Shown here piece by piece: positions 28,913 through 38,654 of a stretch of 64,000 nucleotides of DNA. The notes below the pieces were generated by a model. The model was not told the origin of the DNA. It saw only the letters and a program-made list of their open reading frames with translations, and did no database searches. Made by a program: the position numbers and the translations under genes. The DNA is from Minisyncoccota bacterium (GTDB lineage: Bacteria > Patescibacteriota > Microgenomatia > UBA1400 > UBA12028): NCBI GenBank assembly GCA_003487265.1, contig DNEP01000013.1, forward strand, positions 24,618 through 88,617. Direction: 5' to 3'. The first letter of the stretch is position 1, and every line of letters begins with the position of its first letter.

Positions 28913-28956
28913 AAAAAAACCACGCTCACACCCTCAAAAAGGACGTGTACACGTGG
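28913..28956 (-). terminator. Intrinsic terminator that competes with the T-box antiterminator
   Basis: CCACG/CGTGG and CACGTCCT/AGGGTGTG helices followed by TTTTTTT. Confidence 0.75.
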
Positions 28957-29078
28957 TACCACCTTGTATTCACTCGTTCCAGCTATTAGGGGCATACCCC
29001 GACCGGTCTAGTTCGCTCTCGCTCGACGCGAGGGCGTTTCTTCGGTCTGCTCGCCGTTGATAGAGGCTTATGCGCAGT
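28913..29078 (-). ncRNA. T-box riboswitch leader of ileS (ultrashort Stem I, specifier AUC, intrinsic terminator)
   Basis: T-box AAGG-TGGTACC-ACG...CGT-CCTT. Stem I CTGC-GCATAA-GCC-TCTATCAAC-GGC-GA-GCAG has ATC in the loop. The terminator CCACG...CGTGG is followed by T7. Confidence 0.85.
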
Positions 29079-29084
29079 TAAGGA

Positions 29085-29093
29085 AGTATAACA
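29085..29093 (-). promoter_or_regulatory. Extended -10 promoter (TG-T-TATACT) of the ileS leader
   Basis: It lies 7 nt upstream of Stem I. A divergent TATAAT at 29101-29106 could serve the plus-strand ORF. Confidence 0.6.
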
Positions 29094-29131
29094 GACGTAG
29101 TATAATTTGAACATTGTACAAAAAGGAGCAT

Positions 29132-29683
29132 ATGTCAACTTCCCAAGAAGTAACGCCAATTCCAGAACATCAGCAGGATTTTATTCATGAAATTCTTGAC
29201 TACAAACAAGGGGATCCTATTCCTAATGCAGTATCTCTCATACTTTCAATCGAGCTAATGAAATTTGAAAATCCAATATTGAAAAGCGGAAATAATTTAC
29301 GAATTTTTGTAAATACGATTTTCAACTTGATAAATTCATCAGAAGCAAATAGAAGATCCTTTGAGCTGTTATTTGCTACACTTCCTTTTCATGCCATAAC
29401 CGAATTAGATTGGGACTCTTGGAAATGGATTACCTCACATTTTCAAAAGCATCCAATCGATTTATTCTTTCTCATTGTCCATCGAGCAACCGAAAACGAG
29501 GTTTATCCCTCGCTATCAACGAGTCTTAGATATATTGAGTCCATTAATTTAGGAAGTGTATGGAAGAATATCCTTCTAAGCTATAAACAAAAAATGCCAA
29601 AAAAGTTCACCACCGCTTATTTAATTGAAATGAATGTTAATCGCGACTCACTTCCAATATATTTTAAAGATATGTTTGAATAG
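29132..29683 (+). CDS. Hypothetical protein (AT-rich orphan)
   Basis: TATAAT, AAGGAG and ATG in sequence; the ORF fills the gap between ileS and ftsZ; no recognisable motif. Confidence 0.7.
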   Translation: MSTSQEVTPIPEHQQDFIHEILDYKQGDPIPNAVSLILSIELMKFENPILKSGNNLRIFVNTIFNLINSSEANRRSFELLFATLPFHAITELDWDSWKWITSHFQKHPIDLFFLIVHRATENEVYPSLSTSLRYIESINLGSVWKNILLSYKQKMPKKFTTAYLIEMNVNRDSLPIYFKDMFE

Positions 29684-29689
29684 GAAACT

Positions 29690-31006
29690 CTATTTCCCCC
29701 TCTGCCTCAAAAACGCGGGAACATCAAAATCATCATCAAGCGCACTGGATTGTGAAGTCGGAGTATTTAACATTGAGTTTGAAGGAGTTGTCATTTGTTG
29801 CCCACCTTGAACTTGTGGTTGAGCTCCTGTTTGAACACCCTGCGATCCTCTGAGTTGCGTATTCGGTTGCATGTTCGTTTGAGCGTACTGATTGAATGGC
29901 ATTGTTGTTTGGCCACCAACCTGCCCACCTTGAACTTGTGACTGCTGTTGAGGTTGTGCACCCGTAGTGAATTGTTGATGCGAAACAGCCTGTCTCGCAG
30001 ATGCGTCGTACGCGCCGAACGAAGGGCGTCGATGACCACCGCGTATCTTCATCTCATCGAAACCCGTCGCAATCACACTAATCTTGATTGTGTTTCCAAG
30101 ATCTCTATCGATTGTTGCACCAAAAATAATGTTCGCATCGGAATCAGCAACAGAACTAATGATTTGCGAGGCTTCTGCAACTTCGGGCAAGGTAAGATCT
30201 TCACCACCGGTAATCGTGTACAAAATTCCATGCGCTCCCTCGATCGAAACGTCCAACAACGGCGAGGAAATAGCCGATCGAGCAGCGTTTACCGCACGAT
30301 TTTCACCAGAAGCCGTGCCGATTCCCATAATCGCGCTTCCGGACTCTGCCATGACCTTTCTCACATCAGCAAAATCAACATTCACCAATCCAGGAACTGT
30401 AATCAAATCGGAAATCGCCTGCACACCTTGACCCAACACATTATCAGCCAACTTAAATGCGTCGATCAAAGTCATTTTTCGATCAACAACATCGAGCAAT
30501 CGTTGATTCGGGATCACAATGAGCGCATCAACTTTATCTTTTAAGGACTCGATTCCTTCTTCCGCCGTGCGTGATCTCCGACTTCCCTCAAACAAAAATG
30601 GTTTTGTGACAATCGCCACGGTGAGCGCACCCGCTTCTTTTGCGAGTTCCGCAACAATCGATGAAGCGCCTGTCCCCGTACCGCCACCCATTCCCGCAGT
30701 AATAAAAACCATATCCGTGTCAAACACCAGCTCTTTTAATTTTTCGCGAGATTCTTCCGCAGCCTGATGCCCAACCTCGGGATCCGCTCCGGAACCGAGT
30801 CCTTTGGTATAGTTCATTCCAATTTGAATTTTTGTGTCCGCTTTATTTGAAAGAAGTGCTTGCGCGTCGGTGTTCACCGCAACAAACTCAACGCCACTGA
30901 TCAATTTTGAATCGACCATCGAGTTTACGGCATTCCCACCACCACCACCAACACCAATCACTTTAATTTTTGCAAATGTATTATTTGACGGTTTTACAAA
31001 AGCCAT
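29690..31006 (-). CDS. ftsZ: Cell division protein FtsZ
   Basis: [17 protein letters not shown] and NVDFAD motifs; C-terminal DVPAFLR. Confidence 0.98.
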   Translation of the reverse strand: MAFVKPSNNTFAKIKVIGVGGGGGNAVNSMVDSKLISGVEFVAVNTDAQALLSNKADTKIQIGMNYTKGLGSGADPEVGHQAAEESREKLKELVFDTDMVFITAGMGGGTGTGASSIVAELAKEAGALTVAIVTKPFLFEGSRRSRTAEEGIESLKDKVDALIVIPNQRLLDVVDRKMTLIDAFKLADNVLGQGVQAISDLITVPGLVNVDFADVRKVMAESGSAIMGIGTASGENRAVNAARSAISSPLLDVSIEGAHGILYTITGGEDLTLPEVAEASQIISSVADSDANIIFGATIDRDLGNTIKISVIATGFDEMKIRGGHRRPSFGAYDASARQAVSHQQFTTGAQPQQQSQVQGGQVGGQTTMPFNQYAQTNMQPNTQLRGSQGVQTGAQPQVQGGQQMTTPSNSMLNTPTSQSSALDDDFDVPAFLRQRGK

Positions 31007-31117
31007 ACAACCCCTTTATTCTGGGCAAGAATGCATACGCAGGGCAGAGAATATGAGCAGATCATACGGCACAAACACATTCAGATCAAGAATCAGATTC
31101 ATGCGCATGTCTCGTTT

Positions 31118-32428
31118 TTATGGAAGTAAGGATCGAATAAATTGAATAATTTTTTTCGGCACACCCGTCACAATTGAAAAATCAAACTTCACACCTTCAA
31201 AAGGAGATGAAGGTTGTGTGTTCGAAAACGATTCATGTGTTGCGTATAACAACAATCCCACCGCCGTTGAAAATCCCGTCGCGTCAACTTCTTCACTCAG
31301 TCCTTGCAAACGCAACGGTCGAGCAACACGCGCCGGCAACTCCAGCATCTTTTTACACATCTCCATCATGCCGATTGTTTCTGCGCCACCGCCCGAAATC
31401 ACGACACCCGCAGGCACAAGAGGAAACAGGTGATGTTTCTCCAACTCTTCACCAACAATGCGAAACATTTCTTCTAATCGAGGTTCAATGATCCCTTCAA
31501 CCACATTTTTACGAGAAAGTGCACCGAAAACATCTGGAAGACCCAAACCATCAACATTCAACTGATCCTCTCGTTTTTTTCGCTCGCGCATTTGATCGCG
31601 AGTTTCCCCTTCCGCGGGCGGAATTGTGATATACCCCTGCTTTGAAAGAAGAATTTTTATTGCCTCCGCAGAGTTCAAACTGATGCGCAATCCCAATGCA
31701 ATATCTGACGAAATGTGTCGCGCGCCAATCGGTAACACCGTGCTGTGCGCTAGCGCGCCATCAACATACACACACAAAGAACTCGAACCACTTCCAATAT
31801 CAAGCATCACAACTCCCAATTCACGTTCGGTATCGGTCAACACCGCATACGAACTGGCGAGTCCGCTAAACACAAATGCCTGCGTTGAAACACCGGATTC
31901 GTCTAAACACTTTTCAATATTTTTAATTGCCGTTGATGAACCTGTAATTAAATGCGCCTCCGCTTCCAGCCGCACTCCCGACATTCCCACGGGATCCTTG
32001 ATCCCATCCTGAGAATCAACTTTGTACTCACGTGGAATAACATGAATGATTTCTCTAGCAGTTGGAATTGAAACCGCGCGCGCAGCCTCAATCACACGAT
32101 CAACATCCTCCTGACTTATCTCTCCTTTGGGATTGGCAATGGCAACCACACCCTTTGAGTTTTGAGATTGCACATGCGAACCACCCACGCTTGCAAGAAC
32201 CGTCTTCACGCCGAAACCCGCCATACGTTCTGCGGTATCGAGAGATTCCGTAATCGCGGAGATTGCTTCATCTAAATCAACAATTTGACTTTTTTTCATT
32301 CCTTTTGCAGGGACAGATGAAGCGCCAACAATACGAATTTCGTCTGGAGATGCACCAACTTGCGCGATAAGCGTACTCACTTTGTCGGTACCAATATCCA
32401 CCGCTGTAATTGTTTTTGTTCGTTGCAT
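31118..32428 (-). CDS. ftsA: Cell division protein FtsA
   Basis: VDIGTDKV, DPVGMSGVRLE, LDIGSG and VISGGG motifs; amphipathic C-terminus. Confidence 0.96.
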   Translation of the reverse strand: MQRTKTITAVDIGTDKVSTLIAQVGASPDEIRIVGASSVPAKGMKKSQIVDLDEAISAITESLDTAERMAGFGVKTVLASVGGSHVQSQNSKGVVAIANPKGEISQEDVDRVIEAARAVSIPTAREIIHVIPREYKVDSQDGIKDPVGMSGVRLEAEAHLITGSSTAIKNIEKCLDESGVSTQAFVFSGLASSYAVLTDTERELGVVMLDIGSGSSSLCVYVDGALAHSTVLPIGARHISSDIALGLRISLNSAEAIKILLSKQGYITIPPAEGETRDQMRERKKREDQLNVDGLGLPDVFGALSRKNVVEGIIEPRLEEMFRIVGEELEKHHLFPLVPAGVVISGGGAETIGMMEMCKKMLELPARVARPLRLQGLSEEVDATGFSTAVGLLLYATHESFSNTQPSSPFEGVKFDFSIVTGVPKKIIQFIRSLLP

Positions 32429-32432
32429 ATCC

Positions 32433-33140
32433 TTACCGCTCCCGTACTACAGGACGTTGAAATCGAAGATCAATCGCCTTATGTGTAAGATCCATTGTAT
32501 CCGCTTTTAAAATCTCTTGTAAAGTGAGAAGCTGTGACTCAAATTGATCCTCACTTGTAATCCATTGTACATCGCGATAGGAAAAATGAACTTCATCGAA
32601 TGAAATGATTCGTATCTCGGCAGGAAAAAGGTTTGGACGATACAGCGTTGTCAGTAATAAATGCATGATATTTGCCACACGATTCAACTCACTTTTTTCT
32701 TTTGGAATCGCATCAGAAAGTTTAATCACGATAATTTCTGGAGATTTTTCTGCTGATTCCAAGTTTTTGAGATTACCCTCTGCGTCGATTAACGCAGTTT
32801 GTCCCGAATCTGTTTCAATATAAAATGCGTTTCTGTTTGTCTCGTACGCAATGTCCAAAACGCCAAACAGTGAAATCTGTTTTGAAACCAATCGAATATG
32901 CGGAAAAACATGTTCAATTTTTGAAAATGACTCTGAAAGTTTTGAAGATCGATAAGAACCTCCCGCCAATTGTTCAAGTTTTAATCGAATAACATCGTCG
33001 CAAGGACCACTATCAAGCGAACACCGAACTTCACGAATCGGACGAAGATATGCATACACACCAGCACAACCCACCAAAAACACAAACAAAAGCATCACAA
33101 AAACTTTTTTACGCGAGCTTTTCGTTTTTCTTGAGAACAT
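32433..33140 (-). CDS. ftsQ: FtsQ/DivIB-like cell division protein
   Basis: Single TM segment, C-terminal IDLRFQRPVVR and position between murG and ftsA. Confidence 0.7.
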   Translation of the reverse strand: MFSRKTKSSRKKVFVMLLFVFLVGCAGVYAYLRPIREVRCSLDSGPCDDVIRLKLEQLAGGSYRSSKLSESFSKIEHVFPHIRLVSKQISLFGVLDIAYETNRNAFYIETDSGQTALIDAEGNLKNLESAEKSPEIIVIKLSDAIPKEKSELNRVANIMHLLLTTLYRPNLFPAEIRIISFDEVHFSYRDVQWITSEDQFESQLLTLQEILKADTMDLTHKAIDLRFQRPVVRER

Positions 33141-34248
33141 CCTCACATAATCGCACAAGTCGTGCCGATCCATCAAGGATTGATCGTCGTTTCAATCTTG
33201 AAACTGCGAGCTTCATTTTCTTCTGTGTGCGAAGCACTGTTTCGAGCGCTCCCCACAAACTCTCTTTGTTCAATTTTTTCTGTGTGATGATCATCGCACC
33301 ACCGGCCTCTTCGATATACTGCGCGTTTTTCACTTGTTCATTGTCATGTGAGAAAGGAAGCGGAATAAAGATTGCGGGAACCTCGGATAGCAATATTTCT
33401 TGCACGGTGTTTGCACCCGATCGCGCAATCACAACATCCGCGTGTTCAAACATCCACGCAACATCAACCTCGTCAATCCACTCCCGAATAATCACTCTTT
33501 TTTGATTCACTTTTGGAAGTTTGTCGCGCAACACTTCGAGTTCTGTTGCGTATTTGGATTCATGCGCCGATCCACACTGATGCACAACGTAACATTCTCC
33601 AGACAGTTTTCGAATGATTTCTCCAACCGTTTTGTTTAACACATACGAACCTTGACTTCCGCCTGTAATAAACACAAGCGGCTTTGTGAGTGAGGGAAAC
33701 ATCCAATCTGGCCGAACAGTGGAAGGTTGGAGAAACGCGGGACGCACGGGATTTCCCGTGATCACCGTTTTACCTTTTGGAAAATGTTTTACTGAATCTT
33801 CATGAGACACCGCGACTTTGGTTGCAAGATGTGCAATGATCCTGTTTGCCAATCCCGCTGTTCGGGTTTGCTCATGTGTGATGATTGGAATACCAAGTAT
33901 TTTCGCAGAAACCGCAACTGGAAACGCCACGTACCCACCGAAAGAAACGAAAATATCGGGACGATGATCTTTTAAAATGTGATACGACTGCACAATAGAA
34001 GGAAATAATCGAAAAAACTCACCAAAATTTTTCCAAAAATACGTCCGATGAAACTTGGATGCCAAGATTGGATAAAAAGGTATTCCCAAGGATTCCACAA
34101 TTTGCTTTTCCTTCGAAACCATTTTTTCTTTTTCTTGTGCGAATGTGCGACCAATAAAAAAGAAAAACGCGTTCACATTTTCTTGACGAAACGCGTGAAT
34201 AAACGCAAGCGCCGGAGTTAAATGTCCACCTGTAACAGCTATTTTCAT
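33109..34248 (-). CDS. murG: Lipid II GlcNAc transferase MurG
   Basis: TGGHLTP, HEQ, TGNPVR, GGSQG, RSGANT and EQVKNA motifs. Confidence 0.95.
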   Translation of the reverse strand: MKIAVTGGHLTPALAFIHAFRQENVNAFFFFIGRTFAQEKEKMVSKEKQIVESLGIPFYPILASKFHRTYFWKNFGEFFRLFPSIVQSYHILKDHRPDIFVSFGGYVAFPVAVSAKILGIPIITHEQTRTAGLANRIIAHLATKVAVSHEDSVKHFPKGKTVITGNPVRPAFLQPSTVRPDWMFPSLTKPLVFITGGSQGSYVLNKTVGEIIRKLSGECYVVHQCGSAHESKYATELEVLRDKLPKVNQKRVIIREWIDEVDVAWMFEHADVVIARSGANTVQEILLSEVPAIFIPLPFSHDNEQVKNAQYIEEAGGAMIITQKKLNKESLWGALETVLRTQKKMKLAVSRLKRRSILDGSARLVRLCEDVLKKNEKLA

Positions 34249-35303
34249 ATCTTTCTTCCCATCCCCACCAGTATACCGCTCATTGCAAGTAGGATAACTA
34301 AAGACGACCCCCCATACGAAATAAACGGAAGTGGAACGCCAGTCAAGGGGACTAGCGCAACAACCGAAGCAAGATTCACCATCGTTTGACTCGCAATCCA
34401 CGCAACAATCCCAGAGGCCATAAGTTGTTCATATCCTGAATGTTGTGATCTAGCAATCACGAATCCCATGTGGATAAGAATTGCGAAAAGGGCAAAAATC
34501 AACAATCCACCCATAAGGCCGATCTCTTCCGCAATAATCGCATAAATGGAGTCCGTGCTCGCTTCGGGGATGTACTGAAATCGCTGACGCGACTGCCCAA
34601 TTCCCTGTCCAAACCATGCCCCCCTACCCAACGCAATGGTAATTTGCCGAATTTGATACGAACGACCGAGAGGATCCGAATCTGGATCAAGAAAGGTTCG
34701 AATTCTATTTCGTCGAAAGGGAGAAAAGATGATTACCAGTGCGACCGCCAGCACGCCGAGTCCCGCAAAATACGCAAGATGGCGCCATCTCCCTCCAGCG
34801 GTAATGTACATCGTCGTCCCGATAGATCCCACGATAAGCGCGCTCCCCAAATCGGGCTGGAGCATAATCAGCCCGAAAAAAATGGCCATCAAGAAAAAAA
34901 ACGGTCGAGCGCGTTGATGCCGAGACAGCCAATGTGAAAAAAAGAAAATCATACTTGCTTTCAACACCTCAACCGGTTGAAATCGCAACAACCCAATTCC
35001 GATCCATCGTCGCGCCCCCTGAACTTCCATCCCAATACCAGGAATTAACACCAGCACCATAAAAATCATAGAAATTGGAAAAAGCACATACGCACCTACA
35101 CGAATAACTTGAAGTGGAATGCGCGAACTGATAAAAAAGATGAGAAGTCCGATGCTAAGCCAAATCGACTGCATCTTCACAAATTTCCACCTATTTCCGA
35201 ACTCGGTAAACGCTTCCGCCATGCTCGCTTCAAAAACAAAAAATAATCCAATGAGACACAACATCATCATGACTGCAAAAAATATCCGAGATGGATGTTT
35301 CAT
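34245..35303 (-). CDS. ftsW: SEDS protein FtsW
   Basis: GARRWI, QPVE, QPDLG, IPEASTD and GVPLPFISYGGSS motifs. Confidence 0.93.
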   Translation of the reverse strand: MKHPSRIFFAVMMMLCLIGLFFVFEASMAEAFTEFGNRWKFVKMQSIWLSIGLLIFFISSRIPLQVIRVGAYVLFPISMIFMVLVLIPGIGMEVQGARRWIGIGLLRFQPVEVLKASMIFFFSHWLSRHQRARPFFFLMAIFFGLIMLQPDLGSALIVGSIGTTMYITAGGRWRHLAYFAGLGVLAVALVIIFSPFRRNRIRTFLDPDSDPLGRSYQIRQITIALGRGAWFGQGIGQSRQRFQYIPEASTDSIYAIIAEEIGLMGGLLIFALFAILIHMGFVIARSQHSGYEQLMASGIVAWIASQTMVNLASVVALVPLTGVPLPFISYGGSSLVILLAMSGILVGMGRKI

Positions 35304-35310
35304 ACGGTAC

Positions 35311-36342
35311 TCACATTAAGTCGATCCACAATCCAAAAAGAGTAAGAACGAGTCCTGTTAAAAAGGCCCGCTGAACAATTTTTGGTTCAGGCCATCCAAT
35401 GTACTGTAACCAAATATGAAATGGTGCCACAGGGAAAAGTTTTCGTTTCAAAAACCGTTTGGACAACAACTGCGCAAGACTAGAAGAAATTTCGAGAATG
35501 AATATTCCGCCAATCACCACGAGCGCGATCACCTTTCCCAGTAACAATCCCACAACAGCTAAAGTTGCGCCAAAGGAGAGCGAACCAACATCGCCCATCA
35601 TTAGACGTGCGGGGAAAATATTAAAGTATAAAAATGCGATCAAAGAACCAATCCAAAGAGCCAAGAAAAGGGCAATTGGAGTATCCACGATCGACGCAGA
35701 CAGAATCCACAATCCGAATAAACACACAAGCAACACGCTTCCCGCAAGTCCGTCGAGACCATCGGTAATATTCATGGCATTCGTAAAAGCAATAATAACA
35801 AACATTGAAAACGGTACCATGAGCCACCCAAGTTGAATAACACCAACAAACGGAAGATTTAACATGGTAATTCCAAGTCCAAAGACAAGTTGAAGAGAAA
35901 TAATCAATGCAAGAATACATTGAATAAGTAATTTTTGAGACATGCGCAGTCCAAAAAATCCCGTTTTCTCAAATCCAAAAAACTTTTTTGTATCGTCATA
36001 CAGTCCGAGCAGTCCGAAAGAAATGAAGGTAAAAAACAGCACGTTCAACTCACCTTGAAGGGGATACACAACCGTAATTGGAACACCCAATAGTCGGAGA
36101 ACGGGAAAAATAAGTGCAAACATCACACTCACCACTACCATCAATAAAAGACCGCCACCAATCGGTGTGCCGGTTTTATTTTTATGTAATTTATCAAAAA
36201 TCGGAGTCTTCGAACCAAAAGCATCTTTTGATTTTTCATTTTTTCGTTGAAAACGGAGAGAGTACAAAAGATCAATGAACGGAACAATTGAAACACCCGT
36301 CACAATGAAAGAAAATAGTAATACTCCAAGAGCCATAACCAT
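35311..36342 (-). CDS. mraY: Phospho-MurNAc-pentapeptide translocase
   Basis: KTGTPIGGG, YDD, NAMNITDGLDGL, MGDVGS and APFH motifs. Confidence 0.93.
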   Translation of the reverse strand: MVMALGVLLFSFIVTGVSIVPFIDLLYSLRFQRKNEKSKDAFGSKTPIFDKLHKNKTGTPIGGGLLLMVVVSVMFALIFPVLRLLGVPITVVYPLQGELNVLFFTFISFGLLGLYDDTKKFFGFEKTGFFGLRMSQKLLIQCILALIISLQLVFGLGITMLNLPFVGVIQLGWLMVPFSMFVIIAFTNAMNITDGLDGLAGSVLLVCLFGLWILSASIVDTPIALFLALWIGSLIAFLYFNIFPARLMMGDVGSLSFGATLAVVGLLLGKVIALVVIGGIFILEISSSLAQLLSKRFLKRKLFPVAPFHIWLQYIGWPEPKIVQRAFLTGLVLTLFGLWIDLM

Positions 36343-36379
36343 ACGTGTCCTTTCAGGATACCTCAATGCAGAGGAGAGT

Positions 36380-37705
36380 TCAACGGCTGACTCGAACGAT
36401 TTCTGCTCCCATGCTGCGCAGGCGCGTATCGAGTTGTTCATATCCACGATCAATCTGCTCGACGTTGTGTAGTACGGTAGGTTTTTTTGAAACCAAACCC
36501 GCGAGTACTAACGTTGCCCCAGCACGCAGATCGTGCACGGTGAACTCACCACCCTTAAACTGCGATTTACCGAAAATACGAACGGCATGAAAATGAGGAT
36601 CTGACTGAGGTACGATGAATTGATATACTTTTTCTGGACGAGCCACTTCGGGATTAAATAGTTCAATTTTTGCTCCCATTGTTTGTAAGTCGGGCACATA
36701 CTGGAACCGACTTTCTGAAACGGTTTCATGAATCACGCTCACCCCCACCGCCTGTGTCAATAACACCGACCACAACGGTTGCCAGTCTGTCATAAATCCT
36801 GGATGGGGAGTTGTTGTCACATCAACCGCACGCATCTCTCCTTTGTGATAAAAGCGAATTCCATATGACCCAACTTCATATCCCGCGCCCATTTCGTCGA
36901 GTTTATCAAGAAATGCTTCAAGATTTTCTTTCCGTGCATTCTGAACAATAATGTCACCTTTTGATGCAATCGCAGCACACGCATATGAAACTGCCTCATT
37001 TCGATCCGGCATAACTTTGTAAATTGTTGGATGGAGTTCCTTGACCCCATCAATCTCGATAATGGCATTCTCTCTGCGACGAATATGCGCACCCATTTCA
37101 TTTAGAAATTGGATAAGATCGTCGATTTCCGGTTCTAATCCCGCATTTTCTAATATTGTTTTCCCAGAAGCGGTCGCGGCTGCAATTAACAACGTTTCTG
37201 TTCCCGTGTGAGATTTTTTATCGAATCGAAATGTCGTTCCTTTGAATCCTTTTTTGTCGAGTGATGCATACAACGTTGAACCTTTTTGAACGATTTTTGC
37301 ACCTAACGCTTCTAAACCTAAGAGATGACGATCAATCGGTCGTTTTCCAATCGCATCACCACCCGGCAATGGAACTTCTGCGTGTTGAAATCGCACGAGA
37401 AGCGGTGCGAGAAACATCGTGGATGCTCGTGAACCCGAGCCGTACTTCTCGGGAATTTTATACGAGGATAATCCATCTGCATGAATGAACATTGTGCGCT
37501 CACCTGCGTTTTTGGTTGTACCACCCAAATCTTCAATGATGTCTTTCGTGATCTGTACTTCATTGATATGTGAAAAGTTCAAAAGACGCGTGACACCTTT
37601 CGTAAGCAAAGATGCGATCATCAGTTTAAAACTCGCGTTCTTGGCACCACCTAAACGCACCGATCCAAACAATGGTTTCCCGCCGTGAATAATAAAGGTT
37701 TCCAT
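36380..37705 (-). CDS. murA: UDP-GlcNAc enolpyruvyl transferase
   Basis: GAKNA, LPGGDAIGKRP, EPEI, PGFMTD and DLRAGA motifs. Confidence 0.96.
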   Translation of the reverse strand: METFIIHGGKPLFGSVRLGGAKNASFKLMIASLLTKGVTRLLNFSHINEVQITKDIIEDLGGTTKNAGERTMFIHADGLSSYKIPEKYGSGSRASTMFLAPLLVRFQHAEVPLPGGDAIGKRPIDRHLLGLEALGAKIVQKGSTLYASLDKKGFKGTTFRFDKKSHTGTETLLIAAATASGKTILENAGLEPEIDDLIQFLNEMGAHIRRRENAIIEIDGVKELHPTIYKVMPDRNEAVSYACAAIASKGDIIVQNARKENLEAFLDKLDEMGAGYEVGSYGIRFYHKGEMRAVDVTTTPHPGFMTDWQPLWSVLLTQAVGVSVIHETVSESRFQYVPDLQTMGAKIELFNPEVARPEKVYQFIVPQSDPHFHAVRIFGKSQFKGGEFTVHDLRAGATLVLAGLVSKKPTVLHNVEQIDRGYEQLDTRLRSMGAEIVRVSR

Positions 37706-37727
37706 GTGTTCCTTTCTTGTACTGACA

Positions 37728-38654
37728 TTACGGAATGATAAAAATTTCTTTTTCTAGTACAACTCCCGTTTTATCTTTCACCTTCTTTTGAACCAATTCT
37801 GCAAGCTCCAGCACATCATGAGAACTCGCTCCCCCTCTGTTCACAATAAAGTTCGCGTGAACCTCACTCACCTCGGCTCCGCCGACACGCGTTCCCTTTA
37901 AACCAGCATCGTCGATAAGTTTGCCGGCAAAAACTTTTTTATCGGCAACCAGTGCATTTCGAAAAATGCATCCGCTACTTGGGAGTCCAATGGGTTGCGT
38001 TGCGTTTCTCTTTTGAACATATTGTAAAGATTCTGCGCGAATCTCTTCTAGATTCCCTTTTAGAACACGAAAGGACGCGCGAAGCACCACCGCGCGTTCA
38101 TGATGAAAACGAGAATAATCATATGCGAACTCTAAATCTTTTTGAAAAAACCTTTGCGTCCCCGCTGGCGTTACCACATCAACGTATTCGATAAAGTTAC
38201 CAAACAACTGCGTCGAGGTAAAATGAGAGTTATTCACAACCGCACCGCCTACTGTTCCAGGAAGTCCGAGAAAACACTGCATTCCAGTTGCAGAATGATC
38301 TATTGTTGATTTCACCAAAATGTTCACAGGTAGTCCGCTGTCGGCAATAAACCTCACATCATCGGCTGATTCTTCCACGAGGAGTTCTTTTGTTTTGTTC
38401 AAGATCACAAGCGCATCAACGCCTTCATCTCGAATAAGAACATTACTTGCACCACCAAAGACGTGAAATGGGATGATATTTTCGTACGCAATTTTTGCAA
38501 GAAGTTCAAGATCATTTCTACGATCAACTGCACAAAAAATGCGAGCAGGTCCGCCAATTCGAAAATAGGTATGTTTGGAAAGAAGTTCGCCCTCAAGAAA
38601 ATTGAGGTGTGGAAGTTTACTTTGAAGAAGCGTCAGCCATTGATTAGCCTGCAT
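37728..38654 (-). CDS. murB: UDP-N-acetylmuramate dehydrogenase
   Basis: RIGGPA, GGASN, LPGTVGGA, SGCIFRN and HANFIVN motifs. Confidence 0.95.
   Translation of the reverse strand: MQANQWLTLLQSKLPHLNFLEGELLSKHTYFRIGGPARIFCAVDRRNDLELLAKIAYENIIPFHVFGGASNVLIRDEGVDALVILNKTKELLVEESADDVRFIADSGLPVNILVKSTIDHSATGMQCFLGLPGTVGGAVVNNSHFTSTQLFGNFIEYVDVVTPAGTQRFFQKDLEFAYDYSRFHHERAVVLRASFRVLKGNLEEIRAESLQYVQKRNATQPIGLPSSGCIFRNALVADKKVFAGKLIDDAGLKGTRVGGAEVSEVHANFIVNRGGASSHDVLELAELVQKKVKDKTGVVLEKEIFIIP

Noticed and set aside
28943-28954. Palindrome ACGTGTACACGT as a parS or operator site
   Set aside because: It is explained by helix A2 of the T-box antiterminator and does not match parS (TGTTNCACGTGAAACA).
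31007-31117. 110-nt ftsA-ftsZ gap as a structured RNA
   Set aside because: I found no convincing stems or known motif.
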